DNA of 43,407 nt, filler included, from Jimgerdemannia flammicorona (taxonomy: Eukaryota), in NCBI GenBank assembly GCA_003990765.1. It is 2 parts of 2 records of this genome, joined end to end, with 100 filler letters (N's around TTAATTAATTAA, not from the genome) between each part and the next. Parts side by side here need not be neighbours in the genome. Positions count along the whole stretch, not along the records: positions 1 to 21,654 come from RBNJ01001412.1; positions 21,755 to 43,407 come from RBNJ01001413.1. One strand, given 5' to 3'. The position numbers and the translations under genes are program-made. The notes beneath the pieces are model-generated. The model worked only from the letters and a program-made list of their open reading frames with translations, was not told the origin of the DNA and searched no databases. Positions 11,734 through 24,552 of the stretch are shown here, in pieces (within the stretch, counting starts at the first letter, position 1; each line of letters starts with the position of its first letter).

Positions 11734-12610
11734 CTACTCTGTCATTACCTCCTCCACCCTCCTCCTAGTCTCAACCTTCATCACTGTAGGCACCCCCTTC
11801 ACTAGCAACTGAACCACACTGGGGTCTTACCTAAAACTCTACACCATAGAGACCACCATCTCTCCTACTACCACTCCAGTCTTCAAAGCTTCCTTCAGTG
11901 GACCTGCCTCCTCAAAACCCACCTCAACCCCCCTCCAGTCCCTTCAGAAACTTCACCAAGACAGCTCCAGCCACTTGCTCTGAGATAATCCCCAGAACCA
12001 TCATTGCTGTCACAGCCAAGCCCTGGAAACACAAGGTTGCCACAAATTTCAAGATTGATTTTTTGAGTAATAGTGCTACTGCCAGCCCTGTCACACCATC
12101 CACCAGATCTCCCTTCCTCTTTGGGCCCATCTGCCCAGCTCTGCTATCAACAATCACACCTGGATTTTTTTCCAGATTCCCAGTCATGCCACTATCAGCA
12201 GTCCCCCCCCTACTTCCAGCTGCTACTCCACTGGCCCTTCCATCCACTGGCTGAGGTTCAGCACCTCTCACTTCTCTTTCTCTCTACTTTCCCTTCTCTC
12301 CTGTCTGTCTGTCATAAGTACCAGTAGACCATCCACCAGTCTTCAGCATATCCACAAAGCTCCTCTCCCTCTGCCCTTCTGCCCTCCCTCCAGTACTGCT
12401 ACTATTGCCAGAACTGCCCTACCCACTCAGACCACTAAAAGACCCCATCTCTAGTCCATACTCTCTCCCAATATATTGCCAGTCAAAGGCTCTAGATCCA
12501 CCCAACCTAGTACATATGTATGTCAGCTTGCTTATTGATTACCATGACCTTAGTATCTTTCTCCAATAAACAGTTCAAAAGAGTGTTTTGAAGTTTGTGT
12601 TATGTGAATG
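11734..12610 (-). mobile_element. Family B LINE 5' fragment
   Basis: Begins CATTCACATAACACAAA (compare CATTCAGATGACACAAA at 15911). ORF 12271-11924 matches 16193-16918. Confidence 0.82.
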
Positions 12611-13087
12611 GTAGGAGAGAAAGATGACTATATACTTATGGAAAATTACCTTATCTCTTATGACCCTAACCCTAATCCCACTCTGTTCACATATTCTCTC
12701 TACCAAATGATGCCGCTGACCACCCTGCAGTTCCCAACCATACCACCAGCCCATCAGAGTATTCTCCATCAATTCTTCCCATTACAACAGTTGTGCCTCT
12801 AAGTCCAGATTTCTTCTATCCTCAAATACAAACAACCAGTGACTTGCCAACTCCATCCATACAGCCAGTACCCATCCTAAAGTAAGTCTCTCCTTCCCAA
12901 CCCCTCCCACCTATCTATCCTACAAATCCTCTCACTGACCCCTCACACCATTCTCCCTCTGCACAATATCCAACCTCTTCCCAACCACTATCCAGAAATC
13001 ACTGAACACCTTATACTCTCCTAGTCAATATTCAGGTATCTGCACAAAGCCCCCTTTCTGTCCAACATTGTAGTACTCCTCACAGTC
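12611..13087 (-). mobile_element. Family B LINE 3' fragment (ORF2 C-terminus from the zinc knuckle on)
   Basis: The minus strand reads CEEYYNVGQKGGFVQIPE...DFW...RDKVIFH, matching 21200-21654. Confidence 0.75.
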
Positions 13088-13610
13088 AATGGGGGAGTGA
13101 TGCAGTCACCAGAGTATGTCTTGGTGGATTGTCTGGGGATAGAAGAGTATTGACAGATACTGGAAGGATATTGGGGCCCATAGGGTGGGAGGCCTGGAGA
13201 ACCCACTAGTCTGGTAGTCAAGTGGTAGCTAGTTGAAGTACCTGGTGATGTCTGGGGTGGGCTGGGCTGGGTCCTTGGATTCTGAGTTCTGTTGGCAGTA
13301 TATTGGTAATAGGTGTTTAAGCAAAACCCTTGGATGGAAATAGAGGAGTTGGTTGAGAGTTAGAGGTGGTTCCTTTGGGAGGTAGTGCAAGAATAGTGAT
13401 ACCAGGGGAAGCATCAACAGCTGGGGGCCTTGAGAAAGATACAGGACATTATATAGAAGAGCTGTGGTAACCTTATGCTAGATGACCAAAGAGTGAGATG
13501 AAAGGAAGGAGTTGGCTGAGAGATCTTTCTCTGTATATAACTTAGTAGTAGTGGTGGTTAGATATTCAATATTATATTAGATTCTAGATAATAAAAGAGT
13601 CCAAGGAATA
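13088..13610 (+). mobile_element. Family C LINE 3' fragment (ORF2 C-terminus and 3' UTR, no poly(A))
   Basis: Reads GGVMQSPEYVLVDCLG...EGYWG...YQGKHQQLGA...KEGVG*, matching 3370-2942. Ends AATAAAAGAGTCCAAG. Confidence 0.78.
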
Positions 13611-15894
13611 GGACTTCTTTTGCTCAAACCACTTAGAGTGAGCTAAGCCACACAGATATCTTTTTGTGAAAAGCAATACATTTTTAAGTTTTCACTTTAC
13701 CTACACTAGTGTACTAGGTGCAGCAGAAGTTTGGCAATAATTCACAACAAGTTTCATCTGAATCTGTTGAGTTTTCATTGAATGGCGACTCAAGACTCAT
13801 CAAGCTCTAAGTGCTTGGAGAGGAGAAGGCCTGGCCTGGGCTTCCCCAAGAGTTTTGCAGTGGTGGCAGGGGCTAGTACTGCTGCTGGAGGGACAGGTGG
13901 TCAGCAGAGGTCTGCTGGCATCGAAGGATAACATATAGTAATGGGGGGCAGGAGGGCTACTGCTAGGCCCATGGGGGTAGAGCAGGGAAGATGTAGTATT
14001 GACAGAGGGGGAAGTCAGGTGACCACCAGGGGATAGGGGTCTGGAGGTGGGATGGCTGGGACTGGTATTTCTAGGGCTGGGCTGGTGGCTGAGCTGGTGG
14101 CTGGGAAAGGAACTGCTGAGGGGCTCTCTGGGGCTGGTGGGGTGACCACCAGTGTCTCAGGAGATAAGGAGAAGGCAACAATAGCAGCTAGCTCTAGAGA
14201 ACTAGTGGTGTGTCCTTTTTTCCACAAATCAGTATTGATGTGGATGATCTTGGCAAATTTTCTGGGACTGAGTTTGTCTGCCAGAGAGGTTTTGCAGCTG
14301 GTGGGTGAGGAGATTGCCGGCACAGAGTCCCTGAAGTTTATTCCATCAGCAGAGGCAGTGGAGATTGGCTTTGTGGAGGAGGAGGAGATGGTGAAGACCC
14401 TGGAGAAAGAGTTGGTGGTCAAGAGCATCAAGGTTAGAATGGTGAGGTGTCTGAGGTGGGTTCTACATGCTGTACATCTGGTGGTAGAAGGGCTGCTAAC
14501 TCTCAGGAGACAGGAGACTAAGTAGATGGTGGCAGAGGCACTGGTGGGCTTTGGTGAGATAGTTGACTTCAGATTTATGTTCTGGGAGAGGACTAAGCTG
14601 AGAAATAGTAACTGTAAGATTATAGTGAGGCTGGAGAGCAAGGAGGCCATGGAGCAAGGAAGAGACTGACCAGAGATAATTTGTGTTGGAGGGTAGGAGT
14701 GTAAGGTGTAGAGAAGGAAAGAATCTGAACAGGAGGAGGAGGAATTGCTGCTTGCCCTAGAGGAGAGAGAGACTACAAAGGAATTGCAGAAGAGGAGATG
14801 GGAGGAGTTCACTAAGGACTGGATCTGGATTCTGATGGATGGGAGGAGAAAGAGATAGTAGAGGGCAAACTAGGAGTACTTACAGACAGTTCTCTAGGGC
14901 TCAAAAGTGGAGGAAGAAGAAAGGACAAAGATGGCTAAGAATCAGATGGAAGAGGTGGAGATGGCCAAGGTGTCCTTTTCACAACAGGGGGGAGTGGAGA
15001 ACTTGGCTCATGTGCTGGTGAAGAAGAAGTAGGCCAATATGGTAGAGGTGAATGTAGGGGATCTTGAGGAGGTTATTGAGATAGTACCAGAGACTCAGTT
15101 AGAGGATGTTCATATGACAAGAGCTGCAAATGTTCATTGGGAATATCCAGAGGCAGGTAAGGTAGTGTGGCTGGAGAAGGGTACTGAGGAGGATGACCTG
15201 GTGGATGTGGCCTCTGATGTATTGGCAGACAGAGAGATGCTATAGGAGCTGAGTAGGACTCTGTGGCCTACCACCCCTAGGCCTCTGGCAATGATGGCTG
15301 ATGACTGGTATCTGGCAGTACTTGAGGAACTTACAGAGGAGGATATCAAGGAAGTAGATGTATTTAATAGATCACAGGAGGCTTGGGAAAGATTCCTCAA
15401 TATGGTATTACAGGGGCTGAAGTTGGTGATGGCAATGATGGTAGCACTTCTGGATGATGAAGGATATGAGGTAGATGAGGCCCATATGGCTGATATCAGG
15501 AAGGTGGCTTCTGAGTGAGTGGATATCTTCTGCAGCAGTGTGAATGGAGCCCATATCTGAAGGGCTATCTGTGAGGAATAAAAGGAAATAATCTGTGGTT
15601 AGACTGAAAAGGTAGTGGTGATTCTGGTAGAGCTTTAAACATTTCTATTCATGATGAAGAATAGTCTATGTATCTTATCATTAAATGTTAATAGTCTGCA
15701 TGATAGAGTGAAGCAAAGGTGTCTGTTTCATTGGCTGAAGGTCAGAAGGTATGATGTGGTATTTCTTCAGAATATTTGAGCCTATGGTGAGCAAGATTAT
15801 GAGGATTGAAGCAAAGAATAGTATGGTAGTACAGGTTGGAATAAGTAGGTGGGAATTTTGGTTGGCTTGGGGAGAGGTGAGCTGATGGATGTGA
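13611..15894 (+). mobile_element. Family C LINE 5' half (UTR, complete degenerate ORF1, start of ORF2)
   Basis: GGACTTCTTTTGCTC at 13611. Fragments 14052-14525, 15039-15245 and 15291-15518 match family C ORF1. SLNVN motif at ~15680. Confidence 0.88.
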
Positions 15895-15910
15895 GATGTT
15901 AGTACTGCAA

Positions 15911-18900
15911 CATTCAGATGACACAAAACTCAGGCAATACTTTTGACAATGTTTTTGATAAAAAGCGACTAGCAACATGGAAAGCAATGAACATACTGAT
16001 GCATGTACTAGGTCAGGTAGACCTAGGGCCTTTGAATGGCAGCAGGTTAGACAAGGATATGGGCTTGGGATGGGTCCATTTAGTGGTCTGAGTGGGCAGA
16101 GTGGCTCTGGCAGTGATAGTGGAACTGGTGGTGGGGCCAGAGGGCAGAAGGGGAGGAGCTTTGCAGATATGCTGTAGGCTGGAGGCTGGCCAATGGGAGT
16201 CCATAGTGGGAAGAAAGAAGGAAAGGGGAAGCAGAAGGTAGGGGATGCTGGAGGTGCTGGCTCTCAGCCAGTGGAGGACAGGGCTAGTGGAGTGGCTGCT
16301 GGGAGTAGTGGTGGGACTGCTGATGGTGGCATGACTGGGAATCTGGAAAAAAATCCAGATGTGACAGTTGATGATGGGGCTGGACAGATGGGCCCAAAGT
16401 GGAAGGGGGACCTGGCTGATAGTGTGATGGGGCTGGCAGTGGCACCATTACTCAAGAAGTTGATTTCAGAGTTTATAGCTACCATGTGCTTCCAGGGCTT
16501 GGTGGTGATGACAAGGATGGTCCTGGGGCTCATCTCAAAGCAGGTGGCTGGAGCTGTCTCGGAGAAGTTCCTGAGGGGTCTGAAAGGGGTTAAGGTGGAC
16601 TTTAAGGAGGCAGGCCCACTGGAAGAGGCTCTGAGGACTGGAGTGGTGGTGGGGGAAGTGGTGGTCCCCATGGTGCACTGTCTGAGGTGGGACCCCAGGG
16701 TGGTGCAGTTGTTGGTGAAGGGGGTGCCCATGGTGACAAAGGAGGAGACTAAGAAGAGGGTGGAGGAGGTAATGGCAGAATATGAGGATGTGGTGGATAT
16801 TGGATTCCAGATGTGGGAGGGGACCACCTTTAGGATGAGAGATGTTGATATCAGGATTAGGCTGGCTAGAAAGGAGGTCACCAGGAAGACAAATGACTGG
16901 CCCTCAGTATTGATGTAGGGGGCATTTGTCTGCAAGGTTTCAAGGGTGAAGGGGAGTGAAGAGAAGGAGGAGGACTTGTTGGAAGCACTGGAGGAGTTGA
17001 GTGGTGCAGTTGAGTAGAGGGCAAAGGTCTGGAAGTGGTATGAGGAGTCGATGTATCTGGAGATTGTTGATGGGAAGTGTATCTGCACTGACAAGAAGCA
17101 GTGGGAGAGGGCTCAAGAGTGCAGGAGGTAGAGGGAGTTGCTAGCAAGCATGACAGGAGAGAATCAGATAAAGGTGGGGGCCCTGAGAAGTCTGGGGAAG
17201 TAGAGGTGAGTGCCTGGGCTAGTAAGGGCAGAGGTGATAGAGAGGAGGGCCTGGAAGGGGCTGAGAAGGCACTGCTCAAGGACCTATTTGCAGATGGTAC
17301 TTTCAAGATCTGGGACCCAGTTGTAGATGACCCTCCCCTTTGATCAGACAGGAACCAGCTGTAAGAGATCAGGCAGCAGAGGATGAGCAGATACAGGGTG
17401 CCCAGCAGGTACACTTTGGGGTTCCAGATATGGCAAAGGGTGGACAGGTGGTGGCTGTGGGTGAGGATGAGCTGGTGGATGTCCCTGAGGAGAGATGGGA
17501 TGAGATGGCCAGTGTGGGAGCAGATATCATGATGTTGGATGCAGGAAGGCCAGGGATGCTGAGAGGGAAAGAGGTGGAAAACTTGCTGTAGATGAGCAAG
17601 GTGATGGACAATCTTGTAGCTGAGGAGTTGGGGAAAGTGGACCTGCAAGCAATGAGTGAGGAGCATTGAGCAGGGATTCTGTGGGGAGAGGGAGTGGTGG
17701 GGGTGCTGAAGGCAGAAATTCTGACAATCTTCCTGGAGGAGGAGAGGTATGAGGTTGATAAGGTGAGGGAGGTAGAGCTTACAGTTATTGCTGGTGAGAG
17801 GGCTGTCTACTGTTGGGCTGAGTGGTATGGTTTGCAGCTCTGGCAGGAGGCATATCTGGAGTATGGTGAGGATTTTGAGGAAAAGGAGGATGAGGTGATG
17901 GCTGGACTTCTGGAAGAGTTGGAGGCATGAGCAGCTGAGGAGAAGGTGCTGGCTGCTGAGCATGACTTAGACTTGGCACAGGAGGAGTTGAATGCAGATT
18001 TGTAGAGGCTGCAGCTGATAATCAATGTTATTCCTAATGAACAGTATAACTAACATTTTCTCTTTGAATGTGAATGAATTGTGGGGTACTAGACAGCATA
18101 AGAACATTTTTACTTGGCTTAAGGGATTGGAGGCCAATCTCTTCTTACTGCAGAATGTATGGTGTGAGGGTGAGGAGAATCAAGTAAAGTGGACTAGGGA
18201 ATGAGGAGGGGCTACTGTGTGGGTAGGCAGAGTAGTGATTCTGATGAGAAAGGGTAGAGGAGATTTGAGTGGAATCAGAAGCTGGAGTGATCATTTGGTC
18301 TGGGGAGAATGGCATAGGCCAGGGTGGGAATTGGTAAAGGTTGGCTCCTACTACTGTCCTGTAGTTAGGAGTGAGTGGATTGAGTGGATTAAGGATCTTT
18401 TGGAGAAGGGCATTCTCTTGGAGGAAGGTGTTGATATTCTGGGTGGTGACTTTAATATAGTGCGGGATCCACAGCTAGATAGAACTGATGGAGAGAGGAG
18501 TGCAGGCAGGAGGAGTAGAGGTCTGGATAAGTGGAAGGAGGCAGAGAACCTTAGCTCCTTAGGGGATATGGGTAGAATGTATTGAGGCACCTGGAGGGTC
18601 TATACACACTGGGTGAATGGGCTGGATATGCGAATTGATTGGATTCTGATGGCTAAATGTTGGAGAGTGGATGTTTGGAGGACTCTAGAGGTGGCATGGT
18701 GCCCATGGTTCAATTACTGAGGGCTGTTGGGGCAGGGACAGTTTGGGGGGAGTGGAGATGGACCTGGACATTGGCGCCTTAACTCCTCCCTACTGGCTGA
18801 GAAGGGGTTATGGGATCCATGGGTGGAGGAAATCTAGAAGAAGATCACTCACTAGATATGTGAAGGTTTATCTATGGGTGACCATTGGATGAGGTTAAAG

Positions 18901-21654
18901 GAGGCTGCAAGGGTATATTGAGGAGGAGTTGGTAGGGAGGCTGGGAGGCAGAGAAGAAAGCAAGTGAGGTATACTTTTAACAGACTAGTTAGATTGCAGA
19001 TGGAATGGGCTGATTTGCTTTCTTCTGAAGGGGTGGAGGATTGGAGATTAGAGAGGGCGAAATTGGAGATAGGGGAACTGCAACAGATATTGAGAGAAGA
19101 GAAGGAAATTTGTTTGAAAGGAATGGCTGCTAGACTATAGTGGCAGGGGCTTGAGAAAGGCGAGCAGCCTACTAGGTACTTGTCTAGGCTTCTTCAAGCT
19201 AGGAGAGTGTGATATCATTGGGAGGGGGTCTTGAATACTGAGGGAGAAATGGTATATGGCACACAACAGATCTTGGAGATACTGAAGGAGAGATGGAGGG
19301 GTCTATGGAGTGAGGAGGAAGAGAGAGCAGATGAAGAGGTAATTGGTGACACATTGGAGAAGTGGGATCTGCCATGAGTGAAGGAACTTGGTGACTTGAT
19401 TAAGTCAGTCCAAGAGGGGGAGATCCAGAGAGTCCTTGCAGTGACCAAGATTGGAACTGTACTAGGAGAAGATGGGTTACCTTGGGACTTCTGGAAGAAG
19501 ATGGCAAAGGTCTCTGGAGTGTTGGGAGAGATGGCTGCTCTCTGTGACCATGTTCTTATAAATGGAGAGTGGGTTGGCAAGCAGGACTTAGGGCTGATGG
19601 CCTTGTTGTATAAGGACAAGGAGAGGAGGGAGAATTGGAAGAACTGGAGGCTGATCATGCTTCTGGATATGGACAGGAAGATGGTGACTAAGGTAATTAT
19701 TGTGAGATTACAGATGGTTGCCCAACAGGTGCTGGGGGAGGAGCAGAGGGGCTTTGTTGGAGGCAGGCTTATCAGAGATGGAACTGCCTGGGTTTATGGC
19801 ATTATTGAAGGGGTGAGAGCATGTGGATTGGATGGGAGGCTGGTCTTTTTGGACCAGGAGAAGGCCTATGACCATGTCTGGCAGGTGTGGCTAGACAAGG
19901 TGCTGGATAGAATTAGTATTCCCTCATGATTTCGAGCATCTATATTGAATCTGTTGGAGGGTAGTAGGGCAGTGCTGATATGCAATGGTCACTGGGGTCT
20001 GGTGTTCCCTTTGGGGAGAGGAGTTCCTCAGAGAGACCCATTGTCTCCTATCCTCTATGTCCTTTCATTGGAACTATTGATGGATAGAATATAGCAGAAA
20101 ATAGCAGGGCTCTTAGTATATGGTGTAGTGTGGAAGGTAGGGGTCTTTGCAGATGATATGGTAGTTGGTCTTGGCTCGGTGGCAGATGTGGAGATACTTC
20201 AGGAGACAGTAGATTGGTACAAGACATACTCTGGGGCAAAACTCAACTAGCATAAGTGTGAGACAATGGTGCTGGGAAATGGTTTAGTAGAAGGAGATGT
20301 CATTGGAACAATTGTTCCTACTGGAGAGGTTGTGAGGTACCTGGGCATCTTTCTCTTGGTGTATGGTTCTGTCTTATCATGGGTGTGGTGGGAGAGGAGG
20401 GTGGCCATTTGGGGGGAGGCCCTGAGAGGTTGGGGAGGTCGCCACATCTCTCTAGAAGGCTGGGTATCAATCCTGAATATTTACTGGTTCCCCAAACTAT
20501 GGTATGTTGCTTATCATTTGGACTTTCCAGCTTAGGTGGTGAAGAGACTGATAAAACTGGCTAGGGATTGGATTTGGGCAGGGAGATGGTCTCAGATTGG
20601 TTGGGACACTCTGGCAACACTGGTGGTTCAGGGAGGGCTTGGACTAGTGGATCTTTCTAAGTAGCTGCATTGTCTGCAAGCTTGGTGGTTGAAAAGGGCA
20701 GTAGAACTGAGGAGAGGGGGCTGGGTACCTCTGATGCAGAAGGTGTGGGAGATGAGATTCTTTCCATGAGAATCCTTGGGTGACTTGCTGGCTTTGGAGA
20801 GTCTGGATAGAAGCTGATGGCTATAGTATAAGGGCTTCTGGTGGGGTGTAGTAGATGGAGCACACCAGATAGGACTATGCTGGTAAAGCAATGAGGGGGA
20901 GATGCTGTGGGGCCCAGCTATATGACAATAGGACAGAATGCTTCTGGGGGGTGTTCCACTTGTTGAGTTTGACATTAGTGATGGAGTGGAATGTCAGTGG
21001 GAACTTGGACAAGATCTGTGGCCAAGTAGCTGGCAGGCAGTGGGGATTGGTGAGGAGTGAGACTGGGCAGAAGTCTGGTCATGGAGTGCTAAGATACATA
21101 GGTGGCTTCCTCCCAAGTTCTGGGTGGTATGGTGGAGGATGTTGCAGAGGAATGTTATGTTGAATTTCCATACTGGACATTTGGTGGATGGTGGTCAGTT
21201 TGAGTGTGAGGAGTGTTATAATGTTGGGCAAGTTGGGGGTTTTGTGCAGATGCTAGAACATTGGCTGAGAGAGTGTGAGGTTCTGGGGGACTTTTGGTTA
21301 GCAATTGGGGCTCAGTTGGGTGTAGAGAGGAATCCAGATGGCAAGAGAGGGCAGTGGGAGGATCTGAAATCTAGGTTAGTGGGGGGTGTGTGCAATAGAT
21401 AGCTTACTGTAGGATGAGTTTTAGCTGTATGGATGGGACTGGCTGGATATTGGCTCTTTGTTTTTGAGGAGAGATAGTAGTTGGATATATAGGAGAAATT
21501 GGTAAGATAGGAGGGGTTGGTGGGAGATTTGTTGATCAGGTGATGGGTTGGTTGGGGGCTCCAGGGTGGGCAACGTCATCAGTTGGTGGAAGGGATCTAT
21601 ATTCAGAGTAGTGAGTGAGTGGCAATGGCAAATGACAAAGTGGTCTTTCATCAT
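15911..21654 (+). mobile_element. Near full-length family B LINE; ORF1 ~15977-18030, ORF2 from 18037; runs into the gap
   Basis: Motifs GGDFN, RIDWIL, GEDGLP, DQEKAYD, VFADD, YLGI and CEEC...EH...C. Fragments 18217, 19378, 20266 and 21124 share one frame and are separated by many stops. Confidence 0.92.
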
Positions 21655-21754
21655 NNNNNNNNNNNNNNNNNNNNNNNNNNNNNNNNNNNNNNNNNNNNTT
21701 AATTAATTAANNNNNNNNNNNNNNNNNNNNNNNNNNNNNNNNNNNNNNNNNNNN
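21655..21754. other. Assembly gap with synthetic all-frame-stop linker TTAATTAATTAA
   Basis: 44 N + TTAATTAATTAA (21699-21710) + 44 N = 100 nt. Confidence 0.95.
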
Positions 21755-23640
21755 TGGGGGGGGTTCACGATAAAGGGAGGAAGATGGGGGGGGTTCGCGA
21801 CAAAGAGAAGGAGATGGGGGAGGTTCGCGATAAAGGGAAGGAGATGGTGCGGGTTGGGATTGTTGGTATTGATGAACGGGCGGGGGCAGGGGGTGCATTG
21901 AGATATTGTCAAAGTCCGAGCCTAGGCGACCCATAGTCGAGCGGGTTGAGCCCGATAGAGATGGTGAAGGAGCTAGGGATGAACCGCCTGAAAAGTCGGA
22001 GTGGGATCTCTTACGATTGTATGAGGGCGGATACGGCGATGGGGTGTTCGTACGTGCCGAGGCATCGTACTTCTTTACGTCCTTAAGAAGGAGAAAACAG
22101 GCCTCATTCTGGGCCACCTTCTTAGACAATCCCTGAGCAGACTGAAGCAGTACCTCCTCCCCATCGAGCTCGACCTGTGCGCGAGCGATCCACTGAGTGC
22201 GGTTGTCCTCACCGGTCTGCTCGTAGTGGACGCGGAGATCGCCGCCGTAGCAGCCCGGGTAGAGCTGGCGGCGGCGCAGAAGGTACTCATCTAGTTCGTT
22301 GCGGAAAGACATGTTACTCTGCGGGAGTGGGAGGTCCGGAGAGAAGCCTAAACCCCCCATATCCGTAGAGGAAGTGGAGGTCGAAGTTGAGGATGAGGCG
22401 GCCATCTTTTCGGATTTGACGATGTCGATTTTCACGCCTTCGGGGAGGTAGCGTTCGAACCAGTTTTTGGCGTGGTCGTTGAAGAGAGGGGCTAGGAATG
22501 CGTCGACGAAATCAAAGCCGTAGAGGTATTGCATTACGCTGAAGGAAAAGTGGGTGTTAAATGTGAAAAAATTCTATAAAAATCAATGGTACTAATTAAA
22601 GTGGTTCATAGTACCAGCGCAAAACCGACCCGCCATTTTCACACCACCTTTTTCTTCCAACCCTCCGCCGACAACCGCCATTAATCCATACCCAACATTT
22701 CCCACATGTCTCGGCCCACGACTTCCGCCTTCTTCCACACCTTCATTCAACTCCCCCCCTCCTTACAAAAATCAACCACCTACCCAATTAAGCTCTCTAC
22801 CACATTCGGCAGCAGTTTCTTCCCCCCTCTGTTAAACTGACCGATGACCCATCTCTCCAGGTCAAAGTGCTTGGCCAAGTCCATCAGTCCCGAATTATTG
22901 CCCACCATGCACTGTCGCCGGTGCGTCAGTCGCCCGACGTCCTCGCGCGGGAAATATTTGCGTAACCAGAGAGTCGCGCTCAGGTTTAGCGCTGCGTCGC
23001 CGACGAATTCGAAGTGCTACGGGAGTTGGTGGAGTAAGAGTAGAGGTGGGGTTATGTATCGGGGAGTGGGCGGTATAGTGTAAAAGGGTTTAGCAGTTTT
23101 TTTTTTTTTTTTTTTTTTTTTTTGAGAAGGGGGGGAAGGAAGAAGAAAAAAGACAACAAAAGAAAATGAAGTACAGAGACCTCCCACCCCACACCCCTTG
23201 TCATATTCCACGACCATGGCGGGACAAGATTCACTCCAAAAACAGTTTGTTGCTTGTAAAGCGAATCTTGTTCGGCCATGGGGAACGTCCATCTGTCCAT
23301 CCATTAACCACCATCCATCCATCAATCCATCCATCCACAAGACGAGACCTTGAGTTTGGCCGTTGCTACCTACGCCCTCCAGTCCAATTACGCCCTTCAG
23401 TCCAATTACGCACTCATAAATGCGTATACCCACCTTGTTTGTCTCGACATTATTACCAATCACGGGTTTTGAGGAAGGTCCGATGAATGCCTGTATGTAG
23501 TAAGTGATGTCCTCCTTTGAGATGACGGCTGAGCTTCCGTCGGGTAGGCGAACGTGTTTGACGAGCTTCTGCACGAAGTCGTGGAAGTCTGGCGGCGCCT
23601 GCACCGTCGTATAGAAGCCGAAGGAGGTCGAGGCGGACAT
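21755..23640 (-). CDS. RNase III domain + dsRNA-binding domain protein; exons 23640-23434, 23016-22784 and 22538 to the gap; 3' end missing
   Basis: Introns GTGGGT..TAG (23433-23017, phase 0) and GTAGGT..CAG (22783-22539, phase 2) join in frame. The join gives TNK|HFEFVGDAAL and KKLLPNVVESLIG|VMQYLYG (RNase III motifs) and FRNELDEY...QGLSKKVAQNEACFLLL (dsRBD), then a Ser/Pro-rich tail with (YREPPPSPSL)n. Confidence 0.85.
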
Positions 23641-24552
23641 GCTGGTAAGAAGGATTATCGGACGTGGGAGAGGCCGAAGGAGCTGCAAATACGGGATAAT
23701 GCGAGCGGTGGTTCGGAGGATGCCGCGGTAGTGAATCGATGTTGTGTGGGGAAGACGGAGAAATCAGTGGTGAATGGTATGGGTTTGAGTTTAGAGGGTT
23801 GTGGTTGGGGAAAGAGGGAGAGGGGTAGGGGGGAGGGGGGGAGGGGGGAGGGAGAGGTAGACGTACTGTGGAAGGTCGGAATAAAAGAAGTTGTTGGCAA
23901 ATTCTAGAAGTTCCTTTTTTTTTTCCTCTAGTGACGACAGTGAACGCTCGCAGGTTAGCATACCCGTTGGATAAAGCTAGTGCAGTGGCGAGGTGTACTT
24001 GGTGCAATAGTGTTAATTTGTGGGCGGCTGTGTTCAAAGAGGACAATACGGTGGTCATTTGCAGAAAGCCAACCTTGGTATCTTGTGCAATCAACAACAA
24101 AACCTCTCCAATTGCAGTCACGTTGAACTACGTAAATCACTCGAAATTGCCGCAGTAACAACCTTACGTATCATGAGTCTATACGTTCAGTCGATGAATC
24201 ATAGGTTCCCCCTCCTAATTATAATTAGCCAAGAGCGTTTCCTCTTACCCAGTTAAGACAGCTCCAAAAAAGAAATATGTTTGCTTGGCACTACAAATGG
24301 ACCGCCCCTAGGGTACTACTGATTAGTGATAATTCGCCACCCGCTTGATTACGATACAATATGAAATTTTCGTGCAGACCACCCTCCCATCCTACACGTT
24401 CATATCCCCTTTCGTTCGCTCGCATCCACGACATACATCTCTTCCTCAATCTCCTCTATCATGTCATTCATCATTTCCTCCAATGGCCAAATCAACAAGA
24501 AAAATGGAACAATGTTATCAATCCTTTCTGGTTCTCATACACTCCCACCCAA

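Noticed and set aside
12660..12682. CCCTAA telomere-like units
   Set aside because: Only about two units, inside LINE ORF2 coding sequence (IRVRV).
21699..21710. Perfect palindrome TTAATTAATTAA between N runs
   Set aside because: Synthetic scaffolding linker in a 100-nt gap. It also means that adjacency of the LINE array and the RNase III gene is unproven.
23017..23688. 223-aa ORF with a poly-Lys run
   Set aside because: Only 23640-23434 is exon. The rest is read-through of intron 1 (GATG microsatellite and A-run).
23868..24256. Short overlapping ORFs between the RNase III and LAMTOR4 genes
   Set aside because: No recognisable motifs or convincing start/splice signals. Probably intergenic or promoter DNA.
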